IMG/VR virus record: IMGVR_UViG_3300045988_035499
Direction: 5' to 3' (one strand)
DNA from: a virus
DNA: 64,000 nucleotides
Of the stretch, positions 1 to 11,367 are shown in pieces. Both the position numbers and the translations under genes were made by a program. The first letter of the stretch is position 1; every line of letters begins with the position of its first letter. The notes under the pieces are model-generated. The model was not told the DNA's origin. It saw nothing but the letters and a program-made list of their open reading frames with translations, and ran no database searches.

Positions 1-380
1 CCAGCGTTAATTTGATTTAAAGCAGCTTGAACAGAATTAAGATCACAGTTCAAAGTGCTAGACAAAGTACTGATAGCCTCCTTGTTTCCATTAATAGCCT
101 GCATAAGCAGATTAGTATTAGCATCAGTGTTCAGTTCAGAAGCCAAGCGACTAGCTTCATTGTTACCACGACCGAAGCCGTTGCCACCGAAACCACCCCA
201 GCAGAAGAAGATCAAAATGATCCAAATCCACCACCAGCCACCATTACCGCCCATGCCATTGTTGTTCATCATAGCCATAAGAGCTGCGGGGTCCATACTA
301 CCTTTATTAGCGTTCTGCATTAAAGCAGCAAGACCAGCATCGAAACCACGGTCTTGTACTATAATTCTATCTTCTAACAT
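1..380 (-). CDS. Gly-rich membrane protein, N-terminal part (gene runs off the window start)
   Basis: ATG at 380-378. Frame stays open to position 1. MLEDRIIVQDRGF...GGNGGWWWIWIILIFFCWGGFGGNGFG has a hydrophobic segment. Plus-strand ORFs 27..396 are its shadows. Confidence 0.5.
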   Translation of the reverse strand, partial: MLEDRIIVQDRGFDAGLAALMQNANKGSMDPAALMAMMNNNGMGGNGGWWWIWIILIFFCWGGFGGNGFGRGNNEASRLASELNTDANTNLLMQAINGNKEAISTLSSTLNCDLNSVQAALNQINA

Positions 381-409
381 AATTGATTTAATTTAAAATT
401 GATTTTTGA

Positions 410-1042
410 TTAATATCTAACATAGCGAGTAGCTCTACTACGTCCATATTCTGTATAAGGATCATACTCTCTTTCTCTTTCTTTTTCAAAGAGTTTGTCG
501 TATTCTTCACGTTCAACATCGTATCTGTTTCCATAAACTCTACGACCATACATACCTCCACGTCTACCACCTCTACGGTACAGACCAGCATGTTCATATT
601 CGTCTTCATCGTCTTCTTCGTATTTACCACGTTTGGATACTTCTTCTTCGTAGCATTCCATTTCAGCATCTCTGATCTTATCACACATAACGTAAATATA
701 GTAATACCACATTTTGCCTTCTTCAATGTCTTTATCATTTAACCAGGCTTTAGCGAATTCTACAAAATTCTTAGTGCTATTAGAATTAGTGATGCTTAAC
801 ATTACTTTATAGTAATCAGAATATACCATGTTGAGTGCAACAAACCAGTCATAACGATTAAACTTATGATTTAAGTTTATGCCATATTGATTTGCTAATG
901 CAGTAGTTTCCTCGAGAGACCAATGAGCGCCACGTGTGCCATCCTCATTTTCCATTTTACTTACAGCTTTACGAGCTTTTTCCTCATTGAAATGAGGTCC
1001 GTGTTCCATCTCGTAAGCCTTTTCACGAAATATTCTATGCAT
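410..1042 (-). CDS. hypothetical protein with an acidic and Arg/Gly/Tyr-rich C-terminus
   Basis: Intact 210-aa ORF ending in TAA, with no in-frame TAG. Confidence 0.55.
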   Translation of the reverse strand: MHRIFREKAYEMEHGPHFNEEKARKAVSKMENEDGTRGAHWSLEETTALANQYGINLNHKFNRYDWFVALNMVYSDYYKVMLSITNSNSTKNFVEFAKAWLNDKDIEEGKMWYYYIYVMCDKIRDAEMECYEEEVSKRGKYEEDDEDEYEHAGLYRRGGRRGGMYGRRVYGNRYDVEREEYDKLFEKEREREYDPYTEYGRSRATRYVRY

Positions 1043-1074
1043 ATTATTATTGATTAATATTTATTTGAATATAA

Positions 1075-1713
1075 TTATTTTGGTACTTCTATTATTCGAG
1101 TACCTGTTACCTTTATCAAAGGATTTGAATTTACTATCTGATATTGTTTGGTATGTATTTTCTTCCAATCAAAGTGCCAGAACCTAACCCAGCCATTTTT
1201 GTACTTAGTACGGTATTCCTTTTTTTCTTCTATGAAAATAGTTTGCTAGTTCTTTATGTCTAACTTGGCTGTTAGGATTGAGTCCTTTCTACTAACTATG
1301 ATAGTTGTTAATGGATTAAGTTTTAATTCCTCCTTAAAGTCTACTGTTTTATGCTTTATTACAGTTTTAATAGAATCTTTAACCTCTGTATTGATTACAC
1401 TTACATTTGTTAGGTTCTTGTCTTTGATCTTTAATTCTTTCTAAGTATTTTTTATCTACTGTATAAGACTATCTTTACTAGCATTTAATTCTTCTATAGT
1501 AAGCTATAATACTCTATTTTGTTTTTCCTTATTAGTAGCAATATCCTCATACGCTCTAACGTTGTTAGTTATTCTGTCTAATTCTTTGTCCTTTTTTTTG
1601 AGCTAATGGTTCTAATAAAAAACAGTCGCAATAAGTAAACTAACTAAACCTACTGCGACTGCTTTGTAATTTCCTGTGAACCAATTAACTATCTTTGCTA
1701 TTATTGGAATCAT
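1075..1713 (-). CDS. membrane-anchored coiled-coil protein, spanin-like (lysis cassette)
   Basis: ATG 1713-1711, TAA 1077-1075. Six in-frame TAG (low coords 1612, 1603, 1504, 1456, 1441, 1246) and no TAA/TGA. N-terminal TM segment (AVAVGLVSLLIATVF) then a Lys/Glu-rich helix. Overlaps the end of the holin-like gene. Confidence 0.55.
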
Positions 1714-2194
1714 CTGGTAAATCTTTATCTAATGATATATCTAAATATTTTTCTCCCTTTGCTTTGATCACTTTCTTGAGTATCTTCCAAATCTTCCATT
1801 TGGGATACAACTCGCAGAATGATTCTAATAACGACCAAAATTCTACTAATGCTATCATACCTGCTACAATCTCTACAGCATGTATATTAACAGATGTTAT
1901 TATCAACTGGTCAATAATAGAAGCACTTGTTATAGCTACGCCAGCATCTCTAACCTTCCATAAAGTTTTCCATGCCTTATGAGACTCTATTTTAGGATGA
2001 CCGCATTTTTTAGATACTTTATAACCATATAAAGCATCCAACAGTATCAATGCTCCTACGGCAGTGATAGGTATCCATATAGGTACAAATATTAAAATGA
2101 GACCTGTAATTATTGAGGCCACACATTTATCTGCACTACTGAACATGTTTTTGAAAATTGACATAGTATGTTCTCCTAATTGTTGATAAGTCAT
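1685..2194 (-). CDS. holin-like multi-pass membrane protein
   Basis: 169-aa ORF with several hydrophobic helices and a charged C-terminal tail. Sits directly upstream of the spanin-like gene. No TAG. Confidence 0.5.
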   Translation of the reverse strand: MTYQQLGEHTMSIFKNMFSSADKCVASIITGLILIFVPIWIPITAVGALILLDALYGYKVSKKCGHPKIESHKAWKTLWKVRDAGVAITSASIIDQLIITSVNIHAVEIVAGMIALVEFWSLLESFCELYPKWKIWKILKKVIKAKGEKYLDISLDKDLPDDSNNSKDS

Positions 2195-2364
2195 AGATAG
2201 TAGAATGATAGTAAGTTGTAATCAAAAAGCCCTAGAGATTAAAGGGGAGTAAAATCTGCTAGGGCCTGTTATTTTGTTGAGATTATATTTTATATAACGG
2301 TGTAGTTATAAGTATGTTGCTACGCATTCTTATTTCTGAATAAGAACTAATAGCTCTTTATACT

Positions 2365-4455
2365 TTAAGATGCTGCATTTACAGGATATGGATTAAATGT
2401 CAAACGTGTACCTATATCATTGTTTTTGTTACCAAATAAAGTATAACCAGTGTAGGAGAATAATCCAGCACCTGAAGAATTATTACTAGCACCACCAAAT
2501 GTTATCATCTTCGTATCTGTGGTAGCGTTAACAGAGCATTCGTCACAATAGTATGTATTACTTGTAGCAGATGTTTCTTTCGCAAATATATCTGCAGAGT
2601 TATTACCAATTATCTGTGAAATATAGCCATCTGTAGTTGATATACTAAACGCAGGTTTAGTCATATCCATAGTCCACTTATCAGTATCTGTACTAATATA
2701 TATGTTATTATCAGTTCCTGCAAGTGCAATATCTATCACAGCTTTTTTAATATGACCAAATGGATTCTCTATACCTCTATATCTAGGAACATATACAGTA
2801 TAGTTACCACCATTGTTCTAGTAGCTATAAGGCTTAGCACCAGTACCATTGCCATATTCATGAGTGGTACCAGTAGGTACAAATGCATAAGCTCCATTTT
2901 TTTGAGATTTGGTTACGCCTGCACCCAATCCTCCTTGATTGAACTCATTTTCCATGAAATCTACTTCTTTCGTTGTATAAAGGTCATCTTGAGTGTTTCT
3001 ATTCGCAAATTCTACAACGAATAACCAAACTAAAGTTTTATGAGCCTAATAAGTATAAACATTCCAATGATTTGATCTATTTCTGCCTCTGGCATATGCC
3101 TGCATTAAGTTTAAAGTAAGGTTAGTAGTTGGAATATTCGTACTTGATTGATTACTTGACACAGAGCGTAATAAAGTAGGAGTACTGGCAACTTCCGTTG
3201 CTTCGTATGCTGCAATATATTGTTTAGGTACTTTTTCAAATCCAGGCAGATTGTATTCACTTAATCTGATTTCTACCTCATTGTTTGGAGTAGATACTAG
3301 TAATCTGTAGTGCTCTGGTATTTCTACAAAATACTCTGGTGCATATCCTGCAGAGTCTACAGCAATTGCTGTTCCATCTTCCCACCTAGACCAATTTTCT
3401 GGATCAAGATACTTAATAACATCATCTGCGTTATTAATAGTACAGCCTCTCATCTTACTTTGAATAGGTAGTGTACTATGCATTCTTCTATTACCTGTAC
3501 GTCGTCCTTTTGGGCTAGAGTCAGTAAACCTAACTCCGTACCACAGACAACTATCAATCTAATTATATGATTCTGACAGAGCTATAAAGTCTGTAGATCC
3601 CATTAATCCTACACTATCATAGTAGGCTCTTTCAATATAAATATTTGACTAATTGTTCTGTTCATATTGTTTTGTGATATCATTATACTGATAATAGTCA
3701 TAGTCAATATAGACTCCATTATCTTCATAACGAACATCCATAGAATTATTCAAAATAGTAGTTGGAATAGAAGCTACTCTGTCAGTAACAGCTTTACCTT
3801 TATCTCCAGGATAGGCTGTAGAAGAATTTTCACCTAAAGCGATAGACGGACTAATCTCTATATAATCAGAACCAGACCAACGATATGTTAAATTGGTATT
3901 CTATGCTACATATATCTTACCAGATTCCCCAGTAATAGGGAATGATGATAGATTAGCATACTCAAGTACATCATCTACATAGGAAGGAAGTTGACTTTCA
4001 GGTATCTTACCATTAGAATTCAAAGAAGCTATACCACCTGCTACACCTTTAGTAGCCTCAAATGCCATGTGTCTATCTTCTAAGTCATCTAAATTATCCT
4101 GTAAAGTTTTATCTGCAGCTTTTCTGTCTGCTACTTCCTAACTTAACTTACCTGGTAATTCAACTAAGTAATTAGGTATCTGACTATTAGGAACTTTACC
4201 GTCTGAGTCAAGTGATGCAAGACCATTAGGTTGAGCTTTAGTAGACTTAAAGTTCTGTAAATCTTCATTTACGGCTTTAATCTTCTCATATTGATCTACA
4301 TTTGTGTCTTTATTCAAAGGTATCCATTCGTCCCCTTTAAAAGACTTAACTACGTTACCACTAGGGTCGCTAGCTAAATCAATCCAGTAAGAAACTTCCT
4401 TAGGGTTAGGAGCATATTGTGATGCTACAAAATTAGGGTTTTCTTTTCTTATCAT
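2365..4455 (-). CDS. tail fibre / receptor-binding protein
   Basis: ORF fragments 4138..4455, 3046..3483 and 2365..2739 share one frame. Six in-frame TAG (4138, 3901, 3649, 3559, 3046, 2818). The first true stop is TAA at 2365. Contains the fibre motif GKIYV..NTNLTYRWSG. Confidence 0.7.
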
Positions 4456-4466
4456 AAGTATAAAAA

Positions 4467-6866
4467 TTAAAATTGTTCAAAAGTCGAATTATCATCGAAG
4501 TTGTTTATTCCTTCATCATTATATATAGTTCTATCGTCATCTACTAAACTCATAGTAGAAATACTATTAACTGCGGGAGCAATAAACTCTGTACCGAAAG
4601 GAGTATAAACAACCCAAGTACCATCTGCCATTGTAGTTAATGTAACGATAGTACCTCCATGTGCTACATTCTTAGCAAGTTCTGCAAGCATTTGACTTGA
4701 CTGTTCATTAATCTTAGCAGGATCTGCATTAAATGACTCTATATTAAGATTCCATAAACTAGGTACTATAGTTGTATTAGGAAATATTTCTATTCCAGTA
4801 GTATTAGTTATTACTTTGTCTACGAATGCACGAGATCTTATTTCTACTCTACCAAGATTGCCAAACTTAATACCTTGTCCTATACCATATTTAATTCTAG
4901 TGCCCCATACTAATTGACCGTAACTATTACCTTGATTAGCGGATTCTACTATCACTCCCTTGTTATAATACGCTCTAAAAGTATTACAGTTAAAATGCGG
5001 ATAGAAATAACAGTATTGACATGGACCTAAGATATTGTACCCCATCCAGTCTTGCCACATACTGTTATACCAATATTCTCCATCTGGAGCACCAATATAA
5101 GAGCTAGCTCCTTCTAGCTTAATATTTGCATCAGAACCAAATAGCAAACATTCATTACATTCTGTAAATTGCATTCCTTTATAGTAGCCAAACATTACAC
5201 AGCCTTTAATAGTATCAGCATCTATCTTACTAAGAGTACCGTTAATATAGCTGTTTTCTAATCTTCCAATATTATTCCATGACCAATTTCTACCTATGAT
5301 CAAACAACCAGACATACCGTGTTTTTGTCCAAATCTGCACTTGCCAAATTGTGCACTTTGCAGAGACGGATCATAACCTCTTAGTAATACTGTATTAGCA
5401 CATTTACCATAAGTATATATTTCATTATCGAATACAGTAGTAGATGCACTATTAATTACAGAATCTGAAAATGCCATCACAAAATTAGCTACAGTGAACC
5501 TATCATTTAGACCTTTATAGCCATAATAATCATTACTTTTTATTCTAGTATTATATATCAAATAATCTGTAGTACTATTATATTTCATTCTTTCAGATGC
5601 ATCTGTACCATTATAGTCAAATGTATATCTGTCCATATAATCTTCTGAATCTACAGTTACATTGCACTGCCCCATCTTATTAGCATAACCAGTATTAGTA
5701 GCCACAGAAATACCATTTTTAGCGTACATATCGGTCTACCAAGCTAAGTACTTGTCATTCTGATTCTTAGTAGTATTCTGATACGGCTTCAAATTATCTC
5801 TAATGTAATCCTCATGAAAAGCGGTCTTGGAAGCCATGTCAGGTATTAAAGAATTGCCTCTGTATGTACCATTGAATATAGCAGGTATGAGGTTTACTTC
5901 ATTCTCTTCTCCAGAACCTATTATCTGTCGTCCATCTGACATATTGTAAGAGGTAGTCCTTGATGTCATTACTCTGTATGGACCAAACTTACCACCAGTG
6001 CCATCATTAGGAGTCATATTTGCAGTAATATCTTTAATTGCCCATCTTCTGAACTTAACATGTTTAAAGTCATAGCAAGCAGAGTTCTTGTTCATATCCT
6101 CCATATAATATACGCAACCAGTAGGATGATATGTAGTCATACCTTTAGTAAATAGTAATTCTTCAGGGTCAATAGTGTAAAGACATTTACGTATTGGCAC
6201 ATACCCTGGCTTTCTAATGTAGAATACCTCTTCATCAAACTTATCTTCAGATATAGCTCTAAGTATTATACACTCTACATCCTTTGCAGGTTGATTCATT
6301 TCAAATCCTTCATCTGTACCCATTGAAGGATGATTATAAGCACATGTATAATCTGTTATACCATAATAGCCACCTACTACTAACTTCTTTTCTTTACATA
6401 AACTAAAAATAGCATCATACTGTCCCTTCATAACATGCTATGCTTCTATCATGCTATATAGATAATCGTATGCTGTATCTACACGTCCGTCATTATAACT
6501 TTTATAACTATTAAGTTCGGACTGTAACCCGTTAACTAGACTACTTGTGCTAGATTCTAAAGTAGATACTGTAGTTTGAAGTGTAGATATATCAGTAGTA
6601 TTTTGGTCTACTATGGGATCATAATAATCACGTATATTTGGTTCTATCGTGTTCATAGTAGAAACAACATACTATATATCTTTAGATCTTTCATCTGCTT
6701 CAGTATTTATATCGCTTTTGAGTTCATTATATATCTCATCTACAGCAAATGATTTAATTTTAGAAGCACTAACAGCTTTATTATCCCCTTCTGATACTAT
6801 AGGAATTATTTCTTCACCAGTAAGCGTATCCTATACTGGTAATTGTGATATTTTTAAATCAGTCAT
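4467..6866 (-). CDS. tail fibre / spike protein
   Basis: ORFs 6438..6656, 5736..6431 and 4467..5729 share one frame. ATG 6866-6864. Four TAG (6831, 6672, 6438, 5736). TAA at 4467. N-terminus MTDLKISQLP..LTGEEIIPIV is typical of phage fibres. Confidence 0.7.
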
Positions 6867-7234
6867 TCTAATATAATTTTATTTCCGGTTTCCAACAATA
6901 GGTAGTGAGTATCTTCGGTTTCCAACAATAGGTAGTATCCAGTAGGAGGTGTTACTCCACCCTTAGGCAATCTCCATCTACCTAATACGGTAGATCCTAG
7001 ATCTGTATACTAACTTATCTCTATAGACTTACCAGATAAGGAAGATAAATCAATTTCACGAGTATTCTTGAATATTACTTTGTTACTCTAGTTATCTAAA
7101 TCTTTAACAATAAGCATACCTGAGAATATAGCAGTCTCAACAAAATCATCCTTAGGTATTATATTATATAACTATGGAAATACATAGTATGCCTAAGGAT
7201 TAATAAATATTGGATTATACAATGATGTCTTCAT
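6863..7234 (-). CDS. small virion-associated protein with a C-terminal YLLLET tandem repeat
   Basis: ATG 7234-7232, TGA 6865-6863 in an ATGA overlap with the next gene. Four TAG (7193, 7172, 7088, 7010). The 21-nt direct repeat at 6886-6936 encodes the duplicated YLLLET. Confidence 0.55.
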
Positions 7235-7236
7235 AC

Positions 7237-8202
7237 TTACTCTTTCCAGAACCCAGCTGGAGCACTTACTTTATTAAATACTACATTATCAGAAGTTGCT
7301 AAACCTAATTGAGCTCTAGTCACTACATGAGGATTATCTCTTCTATTAATATGATTATTCAACGCAGACTGTAGACTAGTTATAGATGTAGATAAACTTC
7401 CTACTGTGCTCTCTAAACTACTTACTCTATTCTTTACAGCAGTCATATCTGTCTGTAATGTATTTATATCTCCTTCTATGGTAGTTATATCTCCACCTTG
7501 ATTATTTATCTATTCTTGGATGTTAGTAATGCTAGAATCAATGCTGTTAAGTTCATTATTGATATTAGTTATACTACCATCGATATTGTCTATTCTATTG
7601 TCAATATTAGTAATATCAGTATTAATGTTACTGATACTATCGTCAATATTATCAATTCTAGTGTCTAAGTTATTAACAGTATTAGTAAGATTAGTTATTT
7701 TAGAATTAACACTACTAATCTGTTGGTCAATATATGTTCTTACTCCACTAATACTATTATCTATATATGTAACTAACTATCCAATTTGACTGTTTACTTC
7801 TTGCTTAAAAGTATTAAAATCACTTCTAATAGCTGTTATACTATCGTCTACATAAGTCTCAAGATTACTAATCTAATTCCTTACATACATTTCTAGTTGA
7901 TCTATCTTAGCTTGTACTTCAATCTATAAGTCATCTATTCTACTATTGACATTATTGATATTAAGCCATAGATCATTTTCTAACCTGCTTATTTCAGATT
8001 CTACCCACTTCTTAAGCTCTGCTATTATTTGTTTAAGTAGCTCTGGATTAGGTTCTATTACTTCCCAAGTAAGAGTATCATTTCTATAATACTTAATGAT
8101 GCCTCCATATCTGTTAGCAGTAATGTCTATCCAGTAATCTACTTCTAAGGGATTAGGCTGATTCTCTGCAGCTCTAAATCTTACTACTTCTCTCTGTAAC
8201 AT
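7237..8202 (-). CDS. coiled-coil tail fibre protein
   Basis: ORFs 7924..8202 and 7237..7446 share one frame. Four TAG (7924, 7873, 7777, 7510). TAA at 7237. The N-terminal NPLEVDYWID motif is shared with gene 2365..4455. The centre has Ile/Asn-rich heptad-like repeats. Confidence 0.65.
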
Positions 8203-8258
8203 AATTTTTGTTATGTATATTTTATTTTATATTTCTTTAGGTAAGTGTAGTACCTATT

Positions 8259-8702
8259 TTATGCTGCAAACTCTATTACCTTATTTTTAAACCCAGGGTC
8301 GTAACAATCTATATGAACCCACGAAACGGCCTTTTCTAATCTAATCTTATAAGGCAATTTATCCTGATTATCTTTAATCAACTGTCTAATTTCCTCAGCA
8401 GACTTAGCATTACAAGTAAAGTCTACTCCATTTCCAGTAACATGAGCTGACATATAAGGTCCAGTCTTAGCTTTAACTAATGGACACATATTACATCTTA
8501 ATCCTCTCTGTTTGAGCTTACTAGTATTTACTATCATTGGTAGATTAATTATTTCTGTACGTAGTACTAATAAGGTATGCAATAAAGGAGTACTTAGAAA
8601 CATCCAAGCCTGTTCTTTGAACTTATCATATACATGATTACATACTAATTCTCCAATGCGAAAATACTGCTTTAATTCTTTAATTATTTGTTCTCGTTCC
8701 AT
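8259..8702 (-). CDS. peptidase M15-type cell-wall hydrolase (endolysin)
   Basis: SAHVTGNGVDF and WVHIDC fit the zinc-ligand pattern (H..D..H) of M15 D-Ala-D-Ala carboxypeptidase-like lysins. No TAG. Confidence 0.7.
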   Translation of the reverse strand: MEREQIIKELKQYFRIGELVCNHVYDKFKEQAWMFLSTPLLHTLLVLRTEIINLPMIVNTSKLKQRGLRCNMCPLVKAKTGPYMSAHVTGNGVDFTCNAKSAEEIRQLIKDNQDKLPYKIRLEKAVSWVHIDCYDPGFKNKVIEFAA

Positions 8703-8892
8703 TTCTATTTACGCCTTTATTTAATTCTACTCTATCTTGTAGCATATTACCCATTAAATCTGCAGCAAGGTTAAGACTGAACTCTTTATTATCATCGTCC
8801 ATTCTGTCTACCTTACTATAGAGCTTAAGGAGTAGAACGTAAATCTACTCCAAAAGTTCTCTATCTGTCATATGTACTAAGTATTGGTTCAT
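8680..8892 (-). CDS. hypothetical protein
   Basis: ATG 8892-8890 in a TAATG overlap with the upstream gene. One in-frame TAG. TAA 8682-8680. Confidence 0.4.
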
Positions 8893-11366
8893 TATGTTGC
8901 CGCATGTTGTGTTACTGTAAAACTAAATGTTTGTGGAGAGTTTTCATAAACTTCACATCCGGTTATTTCAACTGATGGTATGTATTGATCTATAGCTACT
9001 GTAGCACTTCTAGACGTTCCTGTATTTTCTGAGAAAATGAAATATAGTCTACCATATGGATCTTCAGATTCAAATCTTGAAACAAACCAGGTAGATGACT
9101 ACCTTAACCTATATGGACATGAATATCTACCTATATATCTATCAGCACTAACATTACCAGTTCTATCTACTAATGTATAACCTTGCTCTATCATTTTATC
9201 TGAATCTATATTAATCTCTACATACAATAAGAATAATTGTGATCCTTTAGTTTTATCACTAGACCCTTCTTTATAAACTATCAAATCTGTACCATTCCAC
9301 AAAGTATCAGAACTTGAAGTCTTTTGTAACTTATATGTACCAACTCTATAATCAGTATCTCCAACTTGCATGAAGTCTATTTTGAACACCTTATTACTAT
9401 CTACCTAAGTTGCAGTAAATGTACCGTACGTTGTAGTTAAACTAGTAGGAAGTTGCAGTACAATCATCCATTTTGTTTTATCAGCGCTGATACTACCTAT
9501 AGTACAATTGTGTTCAGAAGGATATTCTACTACATATTCTACGTTAACTCCTACCTAAGTCTCATCCACAATTACACCATTTAATGATCGTTGTTTATAA
9601 CTATACATAGTATAAGTAGTATCTAAACCGAAATCACTACGTCCAGTAGTTACTTTTGTAGGTTTATTTTTAGATGACTCTACTGGCTCGAACGTATACG
9701 TCCATTCATTAGATACCTGTTGATTTACTGTTATGGTAGCAGTCTTACTAGACCCTGCTTGTGTCAATGTAATAATACCAGTTCTATTTGTGCTAGTATA
9801 ATTAGAACTTGCAGTAAGTTTAACATTAGAATTCTCCTTAATAGCAGTAAGCCAATCTGCAGATATGTTTGTAATGCTCCAGTCCTAAGTTGTACTATTC
9901 TTAGTGGATACTACACTTACTGTTACATTACCTCCAGATGCAGATATAGTCTTAGTAGTACTAGTAGATCCATCTACAGTGAATACATAAGCATCCGCTG
10001 CTTTACCAGACTATGTAACGTTAATAGTCAACGTATTATTACTTCCACTCTGAGTAATCACTATACTACCACTTCTACTAGAAGTAGATGTATTTTCTGA
10101 GAATCCAGTAACCAATACCATATCACTATCTATCTCTATAGAAGTAATCCAGCTAGGTTTAGTATAAGTATAACTTACTGCTTCTTGACCACTTGAAGTA
10201 ATCTTATAGGATTCAACACCACCAGATATAAGGTTTACATTAGAAGAATATTTAGCAGGTATAGTACCACTCTTAGTAGTTGTTGTACCATCTGTGAACT
10301 ATAATACATATTGATCTGCAGGTTTACCGCTCTGCGTAATATTGATTCTAATAGTGCTTTCAGAATCATACTGTCTATACTCAATAAAGTCTGTTCTAGA
10401 TGCAGAACTAGTATTGGCACTAACCGTAACAGTAATATTCTGACTACCACTACCAGTCTATGTAGGAGTCATGAAACCACTAGATGTAGTCAATCTAAAT
10501 CCGTGGTCTACTCCATTTCTAGTAGAAGAAACATAATAAGTTAAAGTACCACCATCACTACCTATTGTATCATTAACGACAGTCTCTCCGGCAATATTAA
10601 ATCTCCAATCAATGTACTCTTTTGCACCCTATATTACAGATATACTTACCATTTTGTTTGAGTTAGTCTGAGTAAAGGTAGCAGTAGTAGTTCTTTCAGC
10701 TCCAACATTGGCTGTAGCAGTAAATTGTCTGTTAACAGAATCCCACGTAAGCCAAGATGGAAGAGTGCTAGTTAGAGTGTATGCTATATTGGTTGTAGTA
10801 CCATTAGTAGTTACAGTTGATACAAAAGCGAATGATGTACTACTGCCTCCATCACTAGTAAATACAGCACTAGATGAAGTTCCTCCATCTACTGTAAAAG
10901 TATAAGTTTGACTAACTGCAGCTTGTGTTACTGACGCTGTAACGGTTTTACCAGACTCTGCCTATGTAAATGTAGCAGTAAATATTCTCTATGAACCAAG
11001 ATTATTAGCCACATTAAATGTTCTAGTGCTACTATTCCATGTAAGCCACGAAGGCAATGTACTAGTTAATGAATACGACACATTGCTCTAAACCCCATTT
11101 ACTATCTTATAAGAAGTAAAATCAACAGCAGAAGTATTACCTCCTGCAGCACCTATACTCTTACTGTTATTTGCAACAGTAAAAGTATAAGCAGATGCAG
11201 ATATATCTTCTAACTTAACAGCCTCATTATCACCATAAGAACTTTCGTTAGCTATACTTATATAGCTACTTATGGTTTTAATAATCTTCTTAGGAGGGCA
11301 TTCTGTTCCAGTAGAACCATAAGACGTCTTCGTCTTTATCATTGTATATGTTGCTATTTCTGCCAT
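8892..11366 (-). CDS. repeat-rich virion protein with Ig-like beta-sandwich repeats (fibre or decoration)
   Basis: ORFs 11088..11366, 9555..9767 and 9099..9389 share frame 0. The whole span was scanned: 11 TAG (11088, 10989, 10962, 10629, 10458, 10299, 10011, 9885, 9555, 9405, 9099) and no TAA/TGA until 8892. Thr/Ser-rich TFTV-type repeats. Confidence 0.6.
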
Positions 11367-11367
11367 A

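Noticed and set aside
27-396. Plus-strand ORFs 27..323 and 55..396.
   Set aside because: They are shadows of the minus-strand gene that starts at 380 and stays open to the window edge. They have a low-complexity composition.
7520-10905. Plus-strand ORFs 7520..7789, 9720..10100, 10311..10544 and 10708..10905, and minus-strand ORF 10235..10450.
   Set aside because: They lie antisense or out of frame within repeat-rich fibre genes whose frame I verified. Their low-complexity Leu/Ser/Ile products are typical of shadows.
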